Virus record (IMG/VR): IMGVR_UViG_3300042520_001628
Reading direction: 5' to 3' (one strand)
Origin: an uncultured virus (IMG/VR IMGVR_UViG_3300042520_001628)
Taxonomy: Duplodnaviria; Heunggongvirae; Uroviricota; Caudoviricetes
DNA: 64,000 nt
The notes beneath the pieces are model-generated. The model had not been told where the DNA came from. It did no database searches and saw only the letters and a list, made by a program, of their open reading frames with translations. The translations under genes were made by a program, and so were the position numbers. This document shows positions 58,340 through 64,000 of the stretch, piece after piece. How positions within the stretch are numbered: position 1 is the stretch's first letter; each line of letters begins with the position of its first letter.

Positions 58340-59400
58340 AAATTGCTATTATTTCAGATACACATTTTGGAGTTCGTAATGATTCTCCGATATTTTTAAA
58401 TTATTCTTTGGATTATTTTGAAAATATATTTTTTCCATATTTAAGAGAAAATAATATTACAAATGTAATTCATATGGGTGATTTACTTGATCGTAGAAAG
58501 TATGTTAATTTCAATACTTTAGGTCAAGTAAGAACCAGATTTATGAATAAATTTGATGAATATGGTATTACATTACATATCACTTTAGGAAATCATGATG
58601 TTTTTTATAAAAATTCAAATCATGTAAATTCTATAAAAGAATTATTTTCCTATGGATATAATAATATTAAATTATATGAAGAACCATCTGATATTGTATT
58701 TGACGGCATGTGTATAGGCATAGTTCCATGGATTACTCCAGAAAATTTTGATGATTGTGTGAATTTCATTCAAAATAATTCATGTTCTATTCTATGTGGT
58801 CATTTTGAGATCAATGGATTTGAAGTTATTTCTGGTATTCGACATGAAGGCGGTGTAGAAAGTTTTATCTTCAATAATTATGATAAAGTATTTTCTGGTC
58901 ATTTTCATTTGAAACAAACACACAAAAATATTCATTATCTCGGCACACAATACCAGTTATCTTTTGCTGATGTTGGAAGCAAAAAAGGTTTTCATGTATT
59001 TGATACACAAACCAGAGAAATAACCTTTATAGAGAATAAAAAGAATCTGTTTTATACTCTTCGATATGATGATGGTGATGAAGCTTTCGTCAAGGCATTA
59101 ACAAAAGCAAAATATGATAAGTACAAAGACTCATATATCAAAATTGTTGTTGTAAATAAGAAAAATTCAAAACTTCTAGATACGATGGTAGATTCTTTAA
59201 ATTCTGTGGGTGTTTACGGAATTCAAATTATTGAGGATACCAGTATCTCATCAAAAATGGATGATACAGAAGTAGATGTAAGCGAAGATACAATCACAAT
59301 TATTTCGAAGGAAATAGATGGAATGGAACAAATAGAAGACAAAAATAAGTTAAAACTTATTATTAAGGATCTTTATATGGAGAGTCTTAGTAGTGAATAA
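58336..59400 (+). CDS. 47: Recombination nuclease gp47 (Mre11/SbcD-like)
   Basis: 'SDTHFG', 'GDL.DRR', 'GNHD', 'GHFE', 'SGHFH'. Confidence 0.96.
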   Translation: MKIAIISDTHFGVRNDSPIFLNYSLDYFENIFFPYLRENNITNVIHMGDLLDRRKYVNFNTLGQVRTRFMNKFDEYGITLHITLGNHDVFYKNSNHVNSIKELFSYGYNNIKLYEEPSDIVFDGMCIGIVPWITPENFDDCVNFIQNNSCSILCGHFEINGFEVISGIRHEGGVESFIFNNYDKVFSGHFHLKQTHKNIHYLGTQYQLSFADVGSKKGFHVFDTQTREITFIENKKNLFYTLRYDDGDEAFVKALTKAKYDKYKDSYIKIVVVNKKNSKLLDTMVDSLNSVGVYGIQIIEDTSISSKMDDTEVDVSEDTITIISKEIDGMEQIEDKNKLKLIIKDLYMESLSSE

Positions 59401-59512
59401 TGATAAAAAAACAGCTGACGAGTTATTGTTTGAAGAAGAAAAACCAGTATTTAGATCAATGGTAGCGGAAGGTGTACTTTTAAATGATATTATTCAAAAA
59501 GATAAAGTTTAA
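59393..59512 (+). CDS. Possible 39-aa protein between gp47 and gp46
   Basis: GGAG SD, GTG start, MNNDKKTADELLFEEEKPVFRSMVAEGVLLNDIIQKDKV*; fills the gap. Confidence 0.35.
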   Translation: MNNDKKTADELLFEEEKPVFRSMVAEGVLLNDIIQKDKV

Positions 59513-61202
59513 GAATTTTGGTTCTTTTGGTAATAATTGGACTGAAATCGATTTAAATAAAAATTCCACAACATTAGTCTGTGGTACAAATGGTAGTGGT
59601 AAATCATTCGCTTTGCTTGATACTATTACATTTGCATTATTCGGTAAACCATTTAGAAAAATTAATTTAGCACAATTGAATAATTCGATCAACAAGAAAA
59701 ATTGCACTGTCGAATTAGAATTTTCTATTGATAAGGATGACTATAAAATTATTCGTGGTTTATCTCCAAAAATCTTTGAGATACACAGAAACAATAAATT
59801 GATCAATCAAGATTCTAAAAATATTGATTATCAAGATGTTCTCGAAGAACAAATCCTGAAAATGAATTACAAAACATTCACACAGGTAGTAATTTTAGGA
59901 AGTTCTGCTTTTATACCGTTCATGCAACTCACGGCTTCAGACAGAAGAGCCGTAATAGAAAATATTCTTGATATTAATATTTTCACAACAATGAATGTTA
60001 TTCTTAAGACAAAGGTTACTATTGCAAAAGAAAATATTACAGATATTGTAAATAAAATAGAACTACAGAAACAGAAAGTTGAATATCAGCAAAAAATTGT
60101 AGATAATCTAACATTACGTCTTAACAATGATGTTAAGAAGATTCAGGAAGAAATAGATCACCACACAATAGAAGAAAATAATTATTTACAAGAAATTGAA
60201 AAATTACAACAAGAAAAAAATTCTATAGAATTAAATAGTAAGATACAAGATATTTTGAATCTTTTTAAACAGAATGAAACTACAATATCGCAATTTACAT
60301 TTAAGATATCTGATCTAGAAAAAGAAATTAAGTTTTATGAAAAAACAGAGAATTGTCCTAAGTGCAAAACACATTTATCAGAGAGTCTAAAGAAAGAAAA
60401 TATTGATTCGTTAACAGATAATATTACTTCGTTAGAAACTAAAATAAATTCTTTGGCAGAATTAAATACAGATAATCAAAAAATTATCTCAACAGAACAA
60501 AAAAATAAAACAAGAATAGCCAATATTGAAGGTAATATTAAAGATATAAATTCTTCCATAAGAGAAGTAAAATCTTTGATTGCATATAAAAATAAACAAC
60601 TTCAAGAATCAACAAAAATAGAAATAGATTTATCTAGAGAAAAAGCAGTTCTCAAAATGGAAAAATCTGAATTACTTAAATTAAGTAAAGAATCTGAAGT
60701 ATTAAAAGAAGATTTATCTTATCTTAAGTTGGCTGGTGATATTCTAAAAGACAATGGTGTTAAGATTAAAATAATTAAACACTATTTGCCTTCTATGAAT
60801 AAGTTCATCAATAAGTATCTAAGATCTATGGATTTCTTCATTCAGTTCAATATAGATGAAGAATTTAATGAGGTTATAAAAAGTAGACACAGAGATGAAT
60901 TCAGTTATATGAATTTTAGCGAAGGTGAAAAGATGCGTATTGATTTAGCACTTCTATTAGCATGGAGAGAAATCGCTAAAATGAAAAATAGTGTAAACTG
61001 CAATTTGCTTATTTTAGATGAAATTTTTGATTCTTCTCTTGATTCTGTAGGAACAGACGAAGTTTTAAGATTGTTGAATGCTCTTGGGGTAAAAACAAAT
61101 GTATTTGTAATAAGCCATAAGGCAGATCAAATAGTCGATAAGTTTACGAATACAATAACTTTTGAGAAGAAGAATAATTTTAGTAAAATGACCATTTCAT
61201 AA
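59484..61202 (+). CDS. 46: Recombination ATPase gp46 (Rad50/SbcC-like)
   Basis: Walker A 'GTNGSGKS', zinc hook 'CPKC', 'FSEGEK', 'LILDE.FDSSLD', 'ISHK'. Confidence 0.97.
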   Translation: MILFKKIKFKNFGSFGNNWTEIDLNKNSTTLVCGTNGSGKSFALLDTITFALFGKPFRKINLAQLNNSINKKNCTVELEFSIDKDDYKIIRGLSPKIFEIHRNNKLINQDSKNIDYQDVLEEQILKMNYKTFTQVVILGSSAFIPFMQLTASDRRAVIENILDINIFTTMNVILKTKVTIAKENITDIVNKIELQKQKVEYQQKIVDNLTLRLNNDVKKIQEEIDHHTIEENNYLQEIEKLQQEKNSIELNSKIQDILNLFKQNETTISQFTFKISDLEKEIKFYEKTENCPKCKTHLSESLKKENIDSLTDNITSLETKINSLAELNTDNQKIISTEQKNKTRIANIEGNIKDINSSIREVKSLIAYKNKQLQESTKIEIDLSREKAVLKMEKSELLKLSKESEVLKEDLSYLKLAGDILKDNGVKIKIIKHYLPSMNKFINKYLRSMDFFIQFNIDEEFNEVIKSRHRDEFSYMNFSEGEKMRIDLALLLAWREIAKMKNSVNCNLLILDEIFDSSLDSVGTDEVLRLLNALGVKTNVFVISHKADQIVDKFTNTITFEKKNNFSKMTIS

Positions 61203-61210
61203 ATATTATT

Positions 61211-61528
61211 ATGAGTAATCCTGATAAACTTAATTATAGAGGAAATTTTAAAGAATATGATTCCCGTGGGTATGAAATAACATATAATGTGGGGGATGTC
61301 GTTCTTTATGATGGTAAAGAATATATTGCCATAGAGAGAAACAAAAGATCTCTTCCAATAAAGAAAAATTCTGGATGGAAAGAACTCTCTGGTGATATAG
61401 AAGATTATCATTATTCTGACAGTATTCCCCTAAATGCTAATGTCGGGGATAGATGGGTTGACAGATTAACTGGTGTGATGTATACTTACATTGAAGATAA
61501 AAATGGATTTCATTGGGTAGAATTTTAA
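61211..61528 (+). CDS. Small late protein with CBM5/12-like and fibre-like motifs
   Basis: 'YNVGDVVLYDGKEYIA' and 'NVGDRWVD..TG.MY.Y...WVE'; CATAAATA 5 nt upstream. Confidence 0.55.
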   Translation: MSNPDKLNYRGNFKEYDSRGYEITYNVGDVVLYDGKEYIAIERNKRSLPIKKNSGWKELSGDIEDYHYSDSIPLNANVGDRWVDRLTGVMYTYIEDKNGFHWVEF

Positions 61529-61707
61529 TGGACAAGAATAAAAATCAACAACCAAAACCACGAACGGATCGTGGAGTTCATAACAAAGAAAAGAATGGAA
61601 AGAAGCATCGACTCAAGCAAGATCTGCGTAATTACGTAGGTAATACTAATGATCTTGATGAGTTTGATGACTTTGATGAAGTTGAAAATTTTGAAGAATT
61701 TAAATGA
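61528..61707 (+). CDS. Small hypothetical protein (basic N-term, acidic C-term)
   Basis: ATG overlaps upstream TAA; 59 aa. Confidence 0.55.
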   Translation: MDKNKNQQPKPRTDRGVHNKEKNGKKHRLKQDLRNYVGNTNDLDEFDDFDEVENFEEFK

Positions 61708-61716
61708 AAGATTACT

Positions 61717-62403
61717 ATGAATACAGCGACACAAATTACGTTGAGCAAGACAACACTTGCTATCCTGAAGAATTTTGCATCACTCAATTCGAATATCCTG
61801 GTAAACCCAGGAAATACAATCAAGACAATCACACCTTCGATGAATGGTATGGCTGAAGCGATTGTAGAAGAAACATTCGATACTCAATTTGGTATTTGGG
61901 ATCTGAATAAGTTTCTTGGAGTGATTAGTCTTTTTACAAATCCAACTTTTGAGTTTGGTGAGAAGTCTGTTACAATTTCAGGTAGCAATAATTCTGTTGT
62001 TAATTTTGGTTACTCTGAACCACGACTTTTGACTACACCTACGAAGAATGTTAATATGCCAGAGATTGCAGTAGAAGTGAACATTACACAGGAAATGTTC
62101 TCTGAACTTAGTCGAGCAAGTTCTATCATGCAATTACCTGATATTTCATTCGCTGGTAATGAAGATGGTATCTTCGTTGAAGTATCAGATAGGGCTGATC
62201 CATCAAGTAATAGTTGTAAGATTCGTCTTGATGACAACTTAGATGATAAGGACTTTGCATTCCATTTCAAGATGGAAAATATCAAACTCCTTCCAGGAAA
62301 CTATAAGATTTCTTTCGCCAAGCAACTTGCTGGGCGATTTGAGAATGAGAATATTCAGTTGACCTACTGGTTTGCGATGCAACCAGATTCTTACTGTAAG
62401 TGA
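61717..62403 (+). CDS. 45: Sliding clamp gp45
   Basis: 'LSKTTL.ILKNFASLN', 'FGIWDLNKFL', 'ENIKLLPG.Y', 'YWFA..PDS'. Confidence 0.95.
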   Translation: MNTATQITLSKTTLAILKNFASLNSNILVNPGNTIKTITPSMNGMAEAIVEETFDTQFGIWDLNKFLGVISLFTNPTFEFGEKSVTISGSNNSVVNFGYSEPRLLTTPTKNVNMPEIAVEVNITQEMFSELSRASSIMQLPDISFAGNEDGIFVEVSDRADPSSNSCKIRLDDNLDDKDFAFHFKMENIKLLPGNYKISFAKQLAGRFENENIQLTYWFAMQPDSYCK

Positions 62404-62409
62404 TTTATT

Positions 62410-63360
62410 ATGAAAACAAACCCAGAACACTTTCTCTTTGTAGAGAAATATCGACCCAAGACTATCGATGAATGCATTCTTCCCGTGTCCTTGAAGCAAA
62501 CCTTCAAGGACATGGTTGCTAAGGGTGAGCCACAAAATTTATTGCTTTTTGGTACTGCTGGTACTGGAAAGACCACAGTAGCCAAAGCATTATGCAATGA
62601 AATGGGATGTGATTGGATCATCATCAATTGCTCTGAAGAGGGTAATATTGATACTCTACGCACAAAGATTCGGCAGTTTGCTAGTACAGTTTCTTTTTCT
62701 AATGGTGTCAGGAAAGTAGTTATTCTTGACGAGTTTGACTATTCAAATGCGAATAGTATTCAACCAGCCCTTCGTGGAGCAATTGAAGAGTTTGCAAATA
62801 ATTGTAGATTTATTATTACTTGCAACTACAAGTCTAGGATTATTGAACCTATCCATTCACGATGTACTTGTATTGACTTTACAGTTTCTCAAGAGGAAAA
62901 GAAGCAAATCTGTACGCAACTTTATACTCGTTGTGAGCAAATTCTTAAGAATGAAAAGATTAAATATGAATCTCAAGTTCTAGCAAAGCTTATCAATAAG
63001 CATTTCCCAGATTTTCGTAGAATTTTGAATGAACTTCAGCGATATTCTGTATCTGGAATTATTGATCATGGTATTCTGGTAAATGTTACAGATTTGGAAG
63101 TCAAAAATCTTATTGACTTTATGAAAAAGAAGGACTTTTCTTCTGTGCGTAAGTGGGTAGCGGCTAATGTCCATCTATCACACACGGATATTTTTCGAAA
63201 AATCTACGACAATCTAGCAGAGGTTCTAACCAAGCAATCTATCCCACAGGCCATTATTGTGATCGGTGAATACCAATATAAGGCTGCATTTGTAGCAGAT
63301 CAGGAAATTAATATGGTAGCGTGTTTAGTAGAATTGATGATGAGTTGCGAGTTTAACTAA
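62410..63360 (+). CDS. 44: Clamp loader large subunit gp44
   Basis: 'EKYRP', 'GTGKTT', 'ILDEFD', 'HSRC', 'FPDFRR.LNELQRY'. Confidence 0.97.
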   Translation: MKTNPEHFLFVEKYRPKTIDECILPVSLKQTFKDMVAKGEPQNLLLFGTAGTGKTTVAKALCNEMGCDWIIINCSEEGNIDTLRTKIRQFASTVSFSNGVRKVVILDEFDYSNANSIQPALRGAIEEFANNCRFIITCNYKSRIIEPIHSRCTCIDFTVSQEEKKQICTQLYTRCEQILKNEKIKYESQVLAKLINKHFPDFRRILNELQRYSVSGIIDHGILVNVTDLEVKNLIDFMKKKDFSSVRKWVAANVHLSHTDIFRKIYDNLAEVLTKQSIPQAIIVIGEYQYKAAFVADQEINMVACLVELMMSCEFN

Positions 63361-63737
63361 TGGATCTTGGTGAATACTTAAATTCTATTAATAAGTCCAA
63401 AAAGGATATAATCGGTTCAAATGAACAGGGAGAACGGGGTTATATCCCTTTTGTTATCAATAAGTCACTTTCTTATCACAAAGATGCTATTTTTCATGCT
63501 AATTTTATGAATTTAAAGCCCAATCTTGATAAGAAAATGCAGTATGATTATTATCTGCACTCCTTACCAAAGGGTAATAGATATGCAAAGTGGCATAAAG
63601 ACGATAAAGGCTCCATAGAGCCTATTATGGAGTTTTATGGATATTCTAGAGCCAAAGCTACAGAAGTGGCTAAAATCCTTTCAGAAAGCCAGCTAGAGGC
63701 CATAAAAGAGTCATTAAATAAGGGTGGAAAGTCCTAA
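63360..63737 (+). CDS. 62: Clamp loader small subunit gp62
   Basis: 'YLNSIN', 'PFVINKSLSY', 'MQYDY', 'FYGYS..KA'. Confidence 0.93.
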   Translation: MDLGEYLNSINKSKKDIIGSNEQGERGYIPFVINKSLSYHKDAIFHANFMNLKPNLDKKMQYDYYLHSLPKGNRYAKWHKDDKGSIEPIMEFYGYSRAKATEVAKILSESQLEAIKESLNKGGKS

Positions 63738-63740
63738 AAA

Positions 63741-63748
63741 TATAAATA
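63741..63748 (+). promoter_or_regulatory. T4-type late promoter motif upstream of regA
   Basis: TATAAATA then GGAG SD. Confidence 0.55.
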
Positions 63749-63770
63749 ATTTATATTTTATGGAGTTAAA

Positions 63771-64000
63771 ATGACAGAAGATGACGATATTTTTGATGGC
63801 CTTGGTGTAGAGATTAATCTTAAAAATAAAGAAGATTTTCTTAAGGTAAAAGAAACATTGACAAGAATTGGAGTTTCTTCCAAAAAAGAGAAGAAATTAT
63901 TCCAATCTTGTCATATTTTACATAAACGTGGTAGATACGCGATTATGCATTTTAAAGAAATGTTCTTACTTGATGGTCTTGAAAGCGACATATCAAATGA
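63771..64000 (+). CDS. regA: Translational repressor RegA (truncated by window end)
   Basis: Manual translation: ...EDFLKVKETLTRIGVSS...LFQSCHILHKRGRYAIMHFKEMFLLDG. Confidence 0.95.
   Translation, partial: MTEDDDIFDGLGVEINLKNKEDFLKVKETLTRIGVSSKKEKKLFQSCHILHKRGRYAIMHFKEMFLLDGLESDISN

Noticed and set aside
1..64000. Stop-codon reassignment
   Set aside because: Core genes are full length under the standard code and coding density is high
1..64000. CRISPR array, integrase, transposase or homing endonuclease
   Set aside because: No spaced identical repeats or such ORFs seen; the TnsA-like nuclease is the normal gp4

Overview
A 64-kb, AT-rich segment of a large T4-like myovirus with the gene order of marine/freshwater T4-like phages. 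It runs from a small early/accessory region with two tRNAs (Ile-UAU, Arg-UCU), through gp33, gp32 and the baseplate genes, to a roughly 20-kb accessory fibre region. After that come neck, terminase, sheath, tube, portal, protease, scaffold and capsid (gp13-gp23), then gp3, uvsY, uvsW, gp55, gp47, gp46, gp45, gp44, gp62 and a truncated regA. Most notable: (1) four paralogous Cys-rich putative fibre genes, three with collagen N-termini and three with Lcl/DUF1566-like C-termini, followed by a small Cys-rich protein; (2) a likely programmed -1 frameshift fusing gp26 to an unannotated gp51-like frame, positioned like a G/GT tail chaperone; (3) a ~155-nt tRNA-like RNA whose anticodon arm is replaced by a long rod; (4) seven late promoters placed so that the mRNA would start at the ATG (leaderless); (5) a codon split, where the early genes I counted avoid AGA/ATA and late genes use them, matching the two tRNAs; (6) an alpha/beta-hydrolase in the fibre module; (7) a giant hub protein with no adjacent gp5. 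All gene calls come from motif recognition and synteny, without database searches.
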